A stretch of DNA of 64,000 nt. It comes from Wujia chipingensis (GTDB lineage: Bacteria; Bacteroidota; Bacteroidia; Bacteroidales; Muribaculaceae). The position numbers and the translations under genes were made by a program. This document shows, piece after piece, positions 10,432 through 20,200 of the stretch; within the stretch, counting starts at the first letter, position 1; every line of letters begins with the position of its first letter. The notes beneath the pieces are model-generated. The model worked only from the letters and a program-made list of their open reading frames with translations. It did not search any database and had not been told where the DNA came from. Location of the stretch: positions 6,801 to 70,800 of the forward strand of contig CAVKDU010000007.1 in assembly GCA_963655175.1 (NCBI GenBank), given 5' to 3'.

Positions 10432-10439
10432 TAACTTTG
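10432..10439 (+). promoter_or_regulatory. -7 promoter box TAACTTTG for the MFS transporter gene
   Basis: Exact TAnnTTTG match about 85 nt upstream of the ATG at 10522. Confidence 0.45.
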
Positions 10440-10521
10440 CACTCCGAAACGAAAAAGCAACAATCTACAATCTCACTAAGCATGCCCGCCAGCGCGTGGG
10501 CGTGGAAGCAACTTTGCGCAT

Positions 10522-11715
10522 ATGGGAAATAACAGCAAAATGCCACTCAGCAAGTGGCTGCCACTCATCGGCCTCACCTGCTCGGCCTTTGTGTTCAACA
10601 CTTCAGAATTCATACCCATCGGTCTGCTCACCGACATTGCCGCCGACTTTGGTCTGACCGAGGCCAAGGCCGGAATGCTGATTTCGGTGTATGCCTGGGC
10701 GGTGATGCTGCTGTCGCTGCCGCTGATGGTGCTGGCCACGCGCGTGGACCTGCGCAAGCTGATGCTGGGCATGATGGGGCTGATGGCCGCATTCCAGTTC
10801 ATGTCGTTCTCGTCGACAAGTTTCGCCATGCTCATGGCCAGCCGCCTGGGCGTGGCCTGCACCCACGCCGTGTTTTGGTCGATAGTGTCGCCCATGGCGG
10901 TGCGCATAGCTCCGCCCGAGCACAGGCAGCTGGCCCTTAGCATGATAGTGACGGGCACGTCGATAGCCATAATTCTGGGGCTGCCCATAGGCCGCGCCAT
11001 AGGACTGCAGATAGGGTGGCGCATGACCTTTCTCAGCATCGGCATTTGCACCGCGCTCACGTTCTTTTATCTATGGGCGTTTTTGCCACAGGTGCAAAGC
11101 AGCGGCAAGTTCACCTTTGGCCAGCTGCCCGGCCTGCTCAGCCACAAGGCGCTGACGGGCATATTCCTGTTTGCATTCGCCACCGCCACATCATATTATG
11201 TAGCCTACAGCTACATCGAGCCGTTTTTCAAGCAGGTGGCCCACATGGCCAACGGCACCATCACCTTTGCGCTTATGATCTACGGAGCGGCCGGAATGCT
11301 TGGCAGCATAGCGTTTTCCAAGCTGTACCCCATCAACCGCTACCGCTTTGTGGGTGTGACGGTGGCAGCACTGGCGCTGTGCCTGGCCCTGCTGCTGCCC
11401 GCCGCGGCAAGCATTGCGGCCACCGTGGCGCTGTGTGTGGTGTGGGGCATGGCCGTGACGGCCTACAACGTGGCCATGCAGTCGGAGATAATCAACATTG
11501 CCCCGCCCGAGGGCACATCGGTGGCCATGTCGATATTCTCGGGCATATTCAATTTGGGCATAGGCCTCGGCGCATTTGCCGGCGGTGGCGTGTGCAGCCA
11601 TCTGGGCATAAAGTGGATAGGCGCGGCTGGATGCGCGGTGGCTGTCGTCGCCCTCGCCTACTGGCTGCTGCGCCTTAGCGGCCTGCTGCGCGCCGCCTAT
11701 GCCCGCCGAGGCTGA
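10522..11715 (+). CDS. MFS transporter (sugar/drug efflux type)
   Basis: 397-aa ORF with about 12 predicted hydrophobic helices in the two-times-six layout typical of the major facilitator superfamily. Confidence 0.8.
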   Translation: MGNNSKMPLSKWLPLIGLTCSAFVFNTSEFIPIGLLTDIAADFGLTEAKAGMLISVYAWAVMLLSLPLMVLATRVDLRKLMLGMMGLMAAFQFMSFSSTSFAMLMASRLGVACTHAVFWSIVSPMAVRIAPPEHRQLALSMIVTGTSIAIILGLPIGRAIGLQIGWRMTFLSIGICTALTFFYLWAFLPQVQSSGKFTFGQLPGLLSHKALTGIFLFAFATATSYYVAYSYIEPFFKQVAHMANGTITFALMIYGAAGMLGSIAFSKLYPINRYRFVGVTVAALALCLALLLPAAASIAATVALCVVWGMAVTAYNVAMQSEIINIAPPEGTSVAMSIFSGIFNLGIGLGAFAGGGVCSHLGIKWIGAAGCAVAVVALAYWLLRLSGLLRAAYARRG

Positions 11716-11839
11716 ATGCGGGCGGCAATGTGGAGGGAGTGACACTTTTTTTCAATAAATTTGCACCTGCCTGCGCAACCTTTGCGCAGCTGCGCAGCGT
11801 CTAAACAGCAAATAACAAAAGAAACACCCTTTCACAGCA

Positions 11840-12640
11840 ATGAACAAGCATCAATTAATCACACTCATGGCCGCCATGGCCATCACCGCCGCCACGGCAG
11901 CCGCGGCGCCAAAGAAAGGTCTGCCCGAAGTGAAGCGCAGCGGCGACACCACGCTGCTGATAACCCCCAACGCCGACACCGTGCTGCTCGTTGACGGCAA
12001 CACACTCACGCAAAAGTTGAAAAGTACCCTCGACGACACCATATATGCCGACGGCGCAGAGGCGGCCGAGGTGCAAAGCGACCGGGAGGCAATCCATCAG
12101 GCTAACAACGACCAAGCCTTCTTCTCAAGCATGGTGAAGCAAGTGTGCCGCATAGTGTTTTCCACCATATTCTTGATTGTGCTGGTGGTGTCGCTGTTCA
12201 GCTACCTGCGCCGCCGGGCCAAATACAAGATGATTGAAAAGGCCATTGAAAACAACTATCCGCTGCCAGGCTCGCTGCTCGACGGCCAGCCAGCCACTCC
12301 TGCGGCACAGCCCTGCGGTAGCCAGCCGGCCAACCTGTGGGAGCAGCCGCAACAGCCCGCAGCTCAGCAGCACGCAACAGCGACAAGGAGCCTCAACTGG
12401 CAAGCATTCAAGGGCAGCGTTACGCTGGTAATCATTGGCTTTGTGCTGGTGATGTTTTTCCTGGCGGTCAACGGACCCGAGATGGCGTTTCTGTGCTCGG
12501 CAATTCTGCTGTGGGGCCTCGCCAAAGGATTTTTCATCTATCAGGAGCAGCGCAACGCCATGCCTCCCGCAGTGCCGCCCACTCAGCAGCCACAGCAGCC
12601 GCAACAACCCACTCAGCAGCAACCCAACCAGCAGCAGTAG
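11840..12640 (+). CDS. Membrane protein with Q/P-rich C-terminal tail, first gene of the ECF sigma module
   Basis: 266-aa ORF with a signal peptide, three hydrophobic segments and the tail PPAVPPTQQPQQPQQPTQQQPNQQQ. It ends 18 nt before the sigma factor gene. Confidence 0.6.
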   Translation: MNKHQLITLMAAMAITAATAAAAPKKGLPEVKRSGDTTLLITPNADTVLLVDGNTLTQKLKSTLDDTIYADGAEAAEVQSDREAIHQANNDQAFFSSMVKQVCRIVFSTIFLIVLVVSLFSYLRRRAKYKMIEKAIENNYPLPGSLLDGQPATPAAQPCGSQPANLWEQPQQPAAQQHATATRSLNWQAFKGSVTLVIIGFVLVMFFLAVNGPEMAFLCSAILLWGLAKGFFIYQEQRNAMPPAVPPTQQPQQPQQPTQQQPNQQQ

Positions 12641-12658
12641 ACCCTCCACTACAGCCCC

Positions 12659-13216
12659 ATGCTTAGCAAGATAGAAGAACTTAGGCTTATATCGCGGTGC
12701 GTGATAGGCGACGACAGGCGTGCGTTTGGCGCGCTTGTCGAGGCCTATGAGGCACGGCTGCGCCAGTTCTTCATGAGCCTCACGCTTGGCGACGCGGCAT
12801 TGAGCGACGACCTCGCCCAAGACACATTTATAAAGGCCTACACGGGGCTGCGCAGTTTCAAGGGGCTGGCGAGTTTCGGCACATGGCTCTACCGCATAGG
12901 CTACAACGAGTTCTGCTCATATGCGCGCAAGCGGCGCGAGGAGCGTGCCGACGACGGCGCGGCGCAGGCCGTGGCCATTGCCGCCGACTGCACCCAATGC
13001 CAGCGACTCGACGCGCAAGCTCTGATGGCCGGCCTCAGCGCCGACGAGCGCACCGCGGTGACGCTGCGCTACATAGCCGACAAGCCGCTGGCGCAGATTG
13101 CGCGAATAATGCAGATGCCGCAGGGCACGGTGAAGTCGCACCTGCACCGGGCTAAACAAAAAATGCGCCGCGCCGCCGAGACCGACGCAATGAAATCGAC
13201 ACAGCAACACAAGTAA
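12659..13216 (+). CDS. ECF-type RNA polymerase sigma-70 family factor
   Basis: Region 2 (DDLAQDTFIKAY...FGTWLYRIGYNE) and region 4 HTH (ERTAVTLRYIADKPLAQIARIMQMPQGTVKSHLHRAKQKM). Confidence 0.85.
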   Translation: MLSKIEELRLISRCVIGDDRRAFGALVEAYEARLRQFFMSLTLGDAALSDDLAQDTFIKAYTGLRSFKGLASFGTWLYRIGYNEFCSYARKRREERADDGAAQAVAIAADCTQCQRLDAQALMAGLSADERTAVTLRYIADKPLAQIARIMQMPQGTVKSHLHRAKQKMRRAAETDAMKSTQQHK

Positions 13217-13233
13217 AAAAACAGATAGAGGAT

Positions 13234-13566
13234 ATGAGACGCGACACAATAGCAAACGAAGACGATGACCGCCTGCTGGCGCAAAGGCTGAAGCAAACCG
13301 TGCCAAGGGCTGGCGACAACCCGTGGTTCACACAGCGGCTGCTCAACCGCCTGCCGCCCAAGCGCCGGCGCGCCGCGGCGTGGGCCGGACGGCTGTGCTA
13401 CGCCATGGCCATAGCGGTGTGCGCGGCAGGCTGGGTGATGATGGCCGTATGGACTGACGGGTGCACCGTGCTGACGGTGCGCAACGCGCTGTTTGCCGCC
13501 GCGCTGGTGGCGGCCACGGTGGCACTGACGGCGCAGATAGTGTCGGCCATAGCCAAGAGCGCATAG
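13234..13566 (+). CDS. Small membrane protein, putative anti-sigma partner
   Basis: 110-aa ORF 18 nt after the sigma gene. It has the NPWFTQRLLNRLP motif followed by two TM helices, an arrangement common after Bacteroidales ECF sigma genes. Confidence 0.5.
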   Translation: MRRDTIANEDDDRLLAQRLKQTVPRAGDNPWFTQRLLNRLPPKRRRAAAWAGRLCYAMAIAVCAAGWVMMAVWTDGCTVLTVRNALFAAALVAATVALTAQIVSAIAKSA

Positions 13567-13656
13567 CCGGGCAGCGGCAACAACGACACGCAGGGCCGTG
13601 TGGCAAAAGATTTTGCGCCACACGGCCCTGCGCCGCATATATGCATCGATGCTGAT

Positions 13657-14529
13657 TTATTTCTTCAGGAAGTGCTTGAAGAAGCTCCACACCTCCTCGC
13701 CCGTGTTGAGGTCTTTGGCGTGCCAGCTGTGGGGTGCGCCCACCACCTCATACCACCACACCTCGGTGCCGGCGGTTCCGCCAGTGTACTTGCGGCGCAC
13801 GGTGATGTGGCCCTTGTCGCCCTGCTTGCTGGGAATGGTGTCGGTGGCCACCATCTTGCAGCGGTTGCGCGCCACCCAGTAGCCCACTTCGAGCGGCACC
13901 GATATATAGGTGCCCCAGCCGCCCGTGCCCACGAGGTCGCCGCCCCACTCGCTGCAGGTGTCGCCCGACCCGTGGATTTCCATGATGGGCACCGGCCGCG
14001 GCGCATTGGGGCCGTCGTACAGCCACTGCATGGTTTGGCCGGCCACCGAGGCATAGGCGCGAAACACGTTGGTGCCGTTGTAGGCCAGCACATAGCACAT
14101 GTCGCCGCCATTGCTCATGCCGGTGGCAAAGGTGTTGTCGCGGCTCAGGTTGAACTGCTTTTGCACGTGGCGCGTGATCTTAATCACATCGTCCACCTCA
14201 TTGTTGCGCAGGGCAGCCTGGCGCGGATAGCCCACGTTCCAGCCCCACTTGCCAGTGGTGTCGCGCACGCCGCAGGGGTAGCACACGGCAAAGCCCTCGC
14301 GGGCAGCCACGGCGTCGAGGTCGTAGCGCTTGGGCTTGGCCCACTTGCCATAGCCGTGCATGCACACCACCAGCGGTGCGCCCGGCTTGACGCCGGCAGG
14401 AAGAAACACAGTGTAGCGCCGCACGAGTCCGTTGACGCGGCACGAGTCGGTGACGTAGCGCTGGGCCAGAGCCGCTGGGGCGGCCATGAGCAGCGCAGCT
14501 GCCACGATGATTTGCTTTGAGATATTCAT
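13657..14529 (-). CDS. Secreted alpha/beta hydrolase, PHB-depolymerase/feruloyl-esterase (LpqC-like) family
   Basis: Signal peptide, the oxyanion region LVVCMHGYG and the nucleophile elbow TGMSNGGDM. Confidence 0.7.
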   Translation of the reverse strand: MNISKQIIVAAALLMAAPAALAQRYVTDSCRVNGLVRRYTVFLPAGVKPGAPLVVCMHGYGKWAKPKRYDLDAVAAREGFAVCYPCGVRDTTGKWGWNVGYPRQAALRNNEVDDVIKITRHVQKQFNLSRDNTFATGMSNGGDMCYVLAYNGTNVFRAYASVAGQTMQWLYDGPNAPRPVPIMEIHGSGDTCSEWGGDLVGTGGWGTYISVPLEVGYWVARNRCKMVATDTIPSKQGDKGHITVRRKYTGGTAGTEVWWYEVVGAPHSWHAKDLNTGEEVWSFFKHFLKK

Positions 14530-14606
14530 TGCAGGTGTTGTTTAAGTTTTTTGGTCTTCATCTTTTGTCGGCACCGGGGACACGCACCGGCCCGCCAACG
14601 CCGTGC

Positions 14607-14614
14607 CAAAGGTA
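14607..14614 (-). promoter_or_regulatory. -7 promoter box (TACCTTTG on minus strand) for the esterase gene
   Basis: Plus strand CAAAGGTA, about 80 nt upstream of the ATG at 14529. Confidence 0.4.
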
Positions 14615-14710
14615 GCAATTTTTTGCCACACAACCCACACCCGCACCGCCGCAAGATGCTAATTAATGCGAAATGGCGCGGGGCGGCTTCCTATTTAGCG
14701 CAAAAGGTAG

Positions 14711-14718
14711 TAACTTTG
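14711..14718 (+). promoter_or_regulatory. -7 promoter box TAACTTTG for the methyltransferase / MBL-hydrolase genes
   Basis: Exact TAnnTTTG match about 60 nt upstream of the ATG at 14779. Confidence 0.45.
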
Positions 14719-14778
14719 CATTAAGCAACTTTGGCGCCATGCCCCGTTTTAGGGCACGCGGCGCCACACAGCATTAAT

Positions 14779-15480
14779 ATGGCAGAGACGGCTTTATATC
14801 TCATTCCCGTGCAGCTGAGCGATGTGGAGCTTGGCAACGTGCTACCGGCCTACAACTTGAGGCTGGTGACTGAACTGCGCCACTTCATTGTGGAAAATGT
14901 GCGCTCGGCACGACGCTTCCTCAAGAAGTGCGACCGCAGCATCGACATCGACTCGCTCACCTTCTATGAGCTTAACCGCCACACCGATCCGGGCAGCATA
15001 GCCTCCTACCTCGACCCGCTGGAGCACGGCTGCCCCGTGGGCGTGATTTCGGAGGCGGGATGCCCCGCCATTGCCGACCCCGGGGCCGACGTGGTGGCAA
15101 TAGCGCAGCGGCGCGGCTTCAAGGTGAAGCCGCTGGTGGGCCCGTCGAGCATTCTCATGGGCCTCATGGGCTCGGGCTTCAACGGCCAGAGTTTCGCCTT
15201 CCTGGGCTACCTGCCCATCGACGCCGCCGAGCGCGCCCGCAAGTTCAAGGAGATGGAGCGGCGCATAGTGCGCGAGGGCCAGACGCAGATATTCATCGAG
15301 ACGCCCTACCGCAACGCCGCCCTGCTGGCCGAAATGGCGCGCACGCTGCCGCCGCAGCTCAAGCTGTGCGTGGCCACCGACATCACTGGCGAGGGCGAGA
15401 GCATAGTGACGCGCGGCGTGAAGGCATGGGCCGGACGCACCATTGGCAAGGTGCCCACCATATTCCTGCTGTACAAGTAA
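14779..15480 (+). CDS. SAM-dependent methyltransferase, tetrapyrrole-methylase fold (RsmI-like)
   Basis: The start is taken at MAETALYLIPVQL. The motif ISEAGCPAIADPGADVV is typical of the TP-methylase/RsmI fold. Confidence 0.7.
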   Translation: MAETALYLIPVQLSDVELGNVLPAYNLRLVTELRHFIVENVRSARRFLKKCDRSIDIDSLTFYELNRHTDPGSIASYLDPLEHGCPVGVISEAGCPAIADPGADVVAIAQRRGFKVKPLVGPSSILMGLMGSGFNGQSFAFLGYLPIDAAERARKFKEMERRIVREGQTQIFIETPYRNAALLAEMARTLPPQLKLCVATDITGEGESIVTRGVKAWAGRTIGKVPTIFLLYK

Positions 15481-15487
15481 CCGGAAA

Positions 15488-16474
15488 ATGACAAGAAATG
15501 ACAATATGGGGAAGCGCGGCCACGGCCAAGCGCCCCGACAACAACAGATTGTGTTCGACAGCGACCCCGGGGCCGACGACAGCGGCACCCCACACAGCGA
15601 GCCCGCTGCCGCCGCGGCACAGGCCGGCACAGGCAGCGACTGGAAGCTGCACTTTGCAAGCTTTGGCAGCGGCAGCAGCGGCAACTGCTCGTATCTGGGC
15701 ACCGACGAGGGCGGAGTGCTGATCGATGCGGGCGTAGACCCCGACCACGTGTTTGAGTCGCTGCGCCGCAACGGTGTGACGCCCTCGATGATTAAGGGCA
15801 TAGTGCTGACCCACGACCACGCCGACCACATACGCTATGCCTACACCATAGTGCGCCGCTACAAGCACCTGCGCATCTACTGCACGCCTCGCCTCATGAG
15901 CGGCGTGCTGCGCCACCGCTGCATTTCGCGCCGCATCAAGGAGTATCAGGAGAACGTGTTCAAGGAGATTCCCTTCAAGCTGGGCGGATTCACCTTCACC
16001 GCATTCGAGGTGTCGCACGACGCCACCGACAACATGGGCTTCATGATTGAGGCCGAGGGCAAGCGCTTTGTGGTGGCCACCGACATGGGCTACATCACCG
16101 ACCGCGCCGAGCACTACATGAGCCAGGCGCAGTTTCTGATGATTGAAAGCAACTACGACAGCGACATGCTGAACGGCGGGCGCTATCCCGAGTATCTCAA
16201 AAACCGAGTGCGCGGCCCCAAGGGGCACCTCGACAACGTGATGGCGGCCGACTTTGTGGCCAGCCACCTGACGAGCGAGTTGAAATACGTGTTTCTGTGC
16301 CACCTGAGCAACGACAACAACACGCCCGAGATAGCGGTGCGCACCATGGCCGAGGCGCTGACCGAGGCCGGAGCCACGGTGGGCGACGCCAGCAACAGCG
16401 TGGAGCAGCGCAGCCGCCAGGTGCAGGTGTATGCCCTGCCGCGCTACGACACCAGCACATGGTTTGTGCTGTGA
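15488..16474 (+). CDS. MBL-fold metallo-hydrolase
   Basis: [13 protein letters not shown] and the metal motif [10 protein letters not shown]. The roughly 60-aa disordered N-terminal extension makes the true start uncertain. Confidence 0.75.
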   Translation: MTRNDNMGKRGHGQAPRQQQIVFDSDPGADDSGTPHSEPAAAAAQAGTGSDWKLHFASFGSGSSGNCSYLGTDEGGVLIDAGVDPDHVFESLRRNGVTPSMIKGIVLTHDHADHIRYAYTIVRRYKHLRIYCTPRLMSGVLRHRCISRRIKEYQENVFKEIPFKLGGFTFTAFEVSHDATDNMGFMIEAEGKRFVVATDMGYITDRAEHYMSQAQFLMIESNYDSDMLNGGRYPEYLKNRVRGPKGHLDNVMAADFVASHLTSELKYVFLCHLSNDNNTPEIAVRTMAEALTEAGATVGDASNSVEQRSRQVQVYALPRYDTSTWFVL

Positions 16475-16529
16475 CGGCACCCCTTTGCAAAAGAACGAAT
16501 TACATACACAAGACTATAACTACTGCACA

Positions 16530-17237
16530 ATGGACAACAGCAAGGAGAAACGCATCATAATAGCCATCGACGGGTATTCGTCGACGGGCAAGAGCACCAT
16601 GGCCAAGGCGCTGGCCAAGCGCATAGGCTATGCCTACATCGACACGGGCGCCATGTATCGCGCCGTGACGCTCTACTGCCTCGACCACAATCTCATCGAC
16701 GGCGACAAGGTGAACGAGGCCGCACTGCAGCAGCAGCTGCCCTCGATCAACATCACCTTTGGCGTGGACAAGGCCGACGGCCACTCGGTGACCATGCTCA
16801 ACGGCTGCGACGTGGAGAGCGAGATACGCTCGATGCGCGTCAGCGGCAAGGTGAGCCTGATTGCCGCCATAGGCTTCGTGCGCCGCCACCTGGTGAAACA
16901 GCAGCAGGCCATGGGCCGCGACAAGGGCATAGTGATGGACGGCCGCGACATTGGCACAGCGGTGTTCCCCAATGCCGAGCTCAAGGTGTTTGTCACCGCC
17001 TCGGCCGAGACCCGCGCGCGCCGCCGCTACGACGAGCTGCGCGGCAAGGGCGACACCACAGTGACCTACGACGAGGTGCTGCACAACGTCACCGAGCGCG
17101 ACCGCATCGACACCACCCGCGCCGAAAGCCCGCTGCGCCAGGCCGACGACGCCCTGGTGCTCGACAACTCCACAATGAGCATCGACGAGCAAAACCAGTG
17201 GCTGCTTGACCACTACCGCCAAGCCGCCTCGAAATAA
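16530..17237 (+). CDS. cmk: (d)CMP kinase
   Basis: [47 protein letters not shown]: P-loop plus the cytidylate kinase signature. The longer track ORF starting at 16431 is an upstream read-through. Confidence 0.9.
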   Translation: MDNSKEKRIIIAIDGYSSTGKSTMAKALAKRIGYAYIDTGAMYRAVTLYCLDHNLIDGDKVNEAALQQQLPSINITFGVDKADGHSVTMLNGCDVESEIRSMRVSGKVSLIAAIGFVRRHLVKQQQAMGRDKGIVMDGRDIGTAVFPNAELKVFVTASAETRARRRYDELRGKGDTTVTYDEVLHNVTERDRIDTTRAESPLRQADDALVLDNSTMSIDEQNQWLLDHYRQAASK

Positions 17238-17258
17238 AACGAAAAAACATCCACCGCT

Positions 17259-18128
17259 ATGGCAATAGTTGAAATCGACAAGGGGTCGGGATTCTGCTTT
17301 GGCGTGACCACAGCCATACGCAAGGCCGAAGAGGAGCTGCGCAACAGCGGCTCGCTCTACTGCCTGGGCGACATAGTACACAACAGCAACGAGGTGGAGC
17401 GCCTCGAGAGCAAGGGCCTCAACACCATCACCCACGAGCAGCTGAGGCAGCTGCATGGCGTGAAGGTGCTGCTGCGAGCCCACGGCGAGCCGCCCGAGAC
17501 CTATGCCACCGCCAAGCGCAACGGCATCCGCATTATCGACGCCACCTGCCCCGTGGTGCTGAAGCTGCAACAGCGCATCAAGCAGTCGTGGGCCGAGGCA
17601 GCCGCCTCGGGGCGCGACGCCCAGATAGTGATATATGGCAAGCGGGGCCACGCCGAGGTCAACGGCCTCGTGGGGCAGACGCAGGGCCGCGCGCTGGTGA
17701 TTGAGAGCGTCGACGAGGTGGACCGCATCGACTTTGGCCGCGACATATACCTGTATTCGCAAACCACCAAGTCGCTCGAAGGCTTCAAGCGCATTGTGGG
17801 CGAAATTGGCAAGCGCGTGAAGCCCGGCGTGCGCTTCCAGAGCTTCGACACCATTTGCCGCTCGGTGGCCAACCGCATTCCGCAGATACGCGAATTTGCC
17901 AAGCAGCACCAGCTGATACTGTTTGTGTGCGGCAAGAAGAGCAGCAACGGCCGCATCCTGTTTGGCCAGTGCCTCGATGCCAACCCCGACTCGCACCTGA
18001 TTTCCAGCGAGAGCGAAATCGACGCCGCATGGCTCAAGGGCAAGGAGCGCATAGGCATATGCGGAGCCACGTCGACCCCCATGTGGCTCATGAACAGGGT
18101 TAAAGACTATGTAACGCAGCAAGTGTAG
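17259..18128 (+). CDS. ispH: 4-hydroxy-3-methylbut-2-enyl diphosphate reductase
   Basis: 289 aa with GFCFGV, DATCPVV and ICGATSTP, the three Cys-containing motifs of IspH/LytB. Confidence 0.9.
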   Translation: MAIVEIDKGSGFCFGVTTAIRKAEEELRNSGSLYCLGDIVHNSNEVERLESKGLNTITHEQLRQLHGVKVLLRAHGEPPETYATAKRNGIRIIDATCPVVLKLQQRIKQSWAEAAASGRDAQIVIYGKRGHAEVNGLVGQTQGRALVIESVDEVDRIDFGRDIYLYSQTTKSLEGFKRIVGEIGKRVKPGVRFQSFDTICRSVANRIPQIREFAKQHQLILFVCGKKSSNGRILFGQCLDANPDSHLISSESEIDAAWLKGKERIGICGATSTPMWLMNRVKDYVTQQV

Positions 18129-18140
18129 CCCCAATCTGCC

Positions 18141-19082
18141 ATGACCACCCGCCGTCCCTACATAATAGCCATATCGCTGCTTGCGGTGCTCAACATCGCG
18201 GCAGGATTCTGGTATTTCGCCAACCACGTCAACGCCGACGGCCGCTCGGGCGGACTGTTGTGGGACAACGGGACCGACTCCGAGGCCGTAATGGCCGACA
18301 CACTGGCCAGCGCCATGGCCAGCAACCGATTCGAGCCGGTGACCGACCGCGTGGCCTGCTACACATCGGCCTTCACCCTGCCCTCGAGCGACGGCAAGGG
18401 CTCGCCCTACACCTGCATCAAGCAGGTGAAGCTGCGCATGCCCAAGGCGGTGAACGGATCAACCGAACTTGGCGAGCTGCGCCAGGCCATAGCCGACAAG
18501 GCGTTCGACCGCTCGGGCGAGAGTCTGGGCAAGGCCATCGACGCATTTGTGGGCGCGGCCGAGTTCAACCTGGGCGGCAACAGCGACTACACACAGTCGC
18601 CGTCGGTGACCACACGCAGCGTGGTGGGCCGCGAGCACCGCGTGAAGGCGTTCCCCTACTCCACCAGCGAGCGGCTGCTGCAATATGAGGTGTACAGCTA
18701 TGTGTACGACGGCTACCGCCGCAGCGAGCGCGTGGGCTTTGTGCTCTACGACCGCGCGCGCCACCGCGTGCTGGGCATAGCCGACGTGTTCCGCCCCACC
18801 GAGAGCGGCCGCCTGCTGGAGCTAATCAACAGCCGCATTGCCAAGGTGGCCCGCAAAAAGGGACAGAAGCTGAACTCGGCCACCACGGTGGCGGCAGAAT
18901 TTGTGGTAGAGCGGCGCGGCATAAGCATGGTGTATGCCGAGGGGGCCATTGCCTCGCCCGAGAGCGGCGTGAGCTACGTGTTTCTGCCCTACTCCGAGCT
19001 GGGGCTGTGCCTCACCGACGAGTTCAAGCGGCTGCTGGATGGCGACTGCGGCTATCAGCGCTACACCCCTTTGAAATTCTGA
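18141..19082 (+). CDS. Hypothetical N-terminally anchored protein
   Basis: 313-aa ORF with one N-terminal TM helix and coding-like composition. It is tightly spaced after ispH. I recognise no family motif. Confidence 0.55.
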   Translation: MTTRRPYIIAISLLAVLNIAAGFWYFANHVNADGRSGGLLWDNGTDSEAVMADTLASAMASNRFEPVTDRVACYTSAFTLPSSDGKGSPYTCIKQVKLRMPKAVNGSTELGELRQAIADKAFDRSGESLGKAIDAFVGAAEFNLGGNSDYTQSPSVTTRSVVGREHRVKAFPYSTSERLLQYEVYSYVYDGYRRSERVGFVLYDRARHRVLGIADVFRPTESGRLLELINSRIAKVARKKGQKLNSATTVAAEFVVERRGISMVYAEGAIASPESGVSYVFLPYSELGLCLTDEFKRLLDGDCGYQRYTPLKF

Positions 19083-19089
19083 CTGCTAT

Positions 19090-19866
19090 ATGATGACCAT
19101 TCCACAAGACTTCGACCAATTGCGCGACCTGCTCGACAGCGAGGCGAGGCGCATCAACAGCACCGACTTCATTGCCGCCGACCCCGTGCAGTTTCCGCGC
19201 CGCTTCAGCGCGCTGCCCGACATTGAAATCACCGCCCTACTGGCCTCGGCCATAGCCTGGGGCAACCGCAAAATGATTTGCCGCGACTGCGAAAAGATGC
19301 TCGCCATTATGGAGAACGACCCATACAACTATGTGATGGACGAGGCCTACGAGCAGCTGCCCGACGAACTGAACATTCACCGCACATTTTTTGCCCGCAA
19401 CTTCAAGCACATGCTGCGCGGCCTGCGCCGCATCTACCGCCAGTGGCCGTCGCTCGACGAGTGGGCCGCGGCAGCCCGCGTGGCCGACTGCGACGCGCCG
19501 AGCTGGCGCCTGGTGGAGCTGCTGAATGCCGAGTTGGCAGCGGCCAACGGCGGCATGGGCGACTCGCGCTGCCTGCCCCTGAACCTGAAAAGCACCGCGC
19601 TCAAGCGCGTCAACATGGCCCTGCGCTGGCTGGTGCGCACCGACGGCATCGTGGACATGGGCGTGTGGCAGTCGATAAAGCCCTCGCAGCTGTTCATTCC
19701 GCTCGACGTGCACGTGGGCGACACCGCAAGGGCCTTAGGTCTGGTGACCCGCCGCGCCAACGACCGCAAAACGGTGGTTGAGCTCACCGGCATTCTGCGC
19801 CAAATGCGCCCCGCCGACCCCGTGGTCTACGACTACGCCCTGTTTGGCATAGGCATGAATCTTTAG
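19090..19866 (+). CDS. TIGR02757/DUF2400-like family protein
   Basis: 258-aa ORF whose size and the motifs AIAWGNRKMI and PLDVHV recall the DUF2400 family. The assignment is from memory only. Confidence 0.55.
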   Translation: MMTIPQDFDQLRDLLDSEARRINSTDFIAADPVQFPRRFSALPDIEITALLASAIAWGNRKMICRDCEKMLAIMENDPYNYVMDEAYEQLPDELNIHRTFFARNFKHMLRGLRRIYRQWPSLDEWAAAARVADCDAPSWRLVELLNAELAAANGGMGDSRCLPLNLKSTALKRVNMALRWLVRTDGIVDMGVWQSIKPSQLFIPLDVHVGDTARALGLVTRRANDRKTVVELTGILRQMRPADPVVYDYALFGIGMNL

Positions 19867-20025
19867 CACCCGAAATTCCACCTCCACACACCTTTTTACG
19901 ACCGGCACACAGCTGGCCGCAAGTCCCCGCTGTGCCGTGACGGCGGCCCAGATTGTACAAACAATTAGCACACTTAGTTGAGCTATTTTCAACACCATAA
20001 TCGTCTGTTTTCCAATTAAATACCA

Positions 20026-20033
20026 TACTTTTG
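20026..20033 (+). promoter_or_regulatory. -7 promoter box TACTTTTG for the sialidase gene
   Basis: Exact TAnnTTTG match about 170 nt upstream of the ATG at 20201. Confidence 0.45.
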
Positions 20034-20200
20034 CACACTGGAATAAATAGAGGCTGAGCGCAATGCAGCGCATTGATCACCACAACTCTAATTTCGCCTC
20101 GTCTTAGAATCTATAAAAACATCGGTTCCAAGAGGAATAAGGCTGACACTGCAAATATAATTCATTTAATAACAATCAAATTTTTAAGCAAAAGGCGATT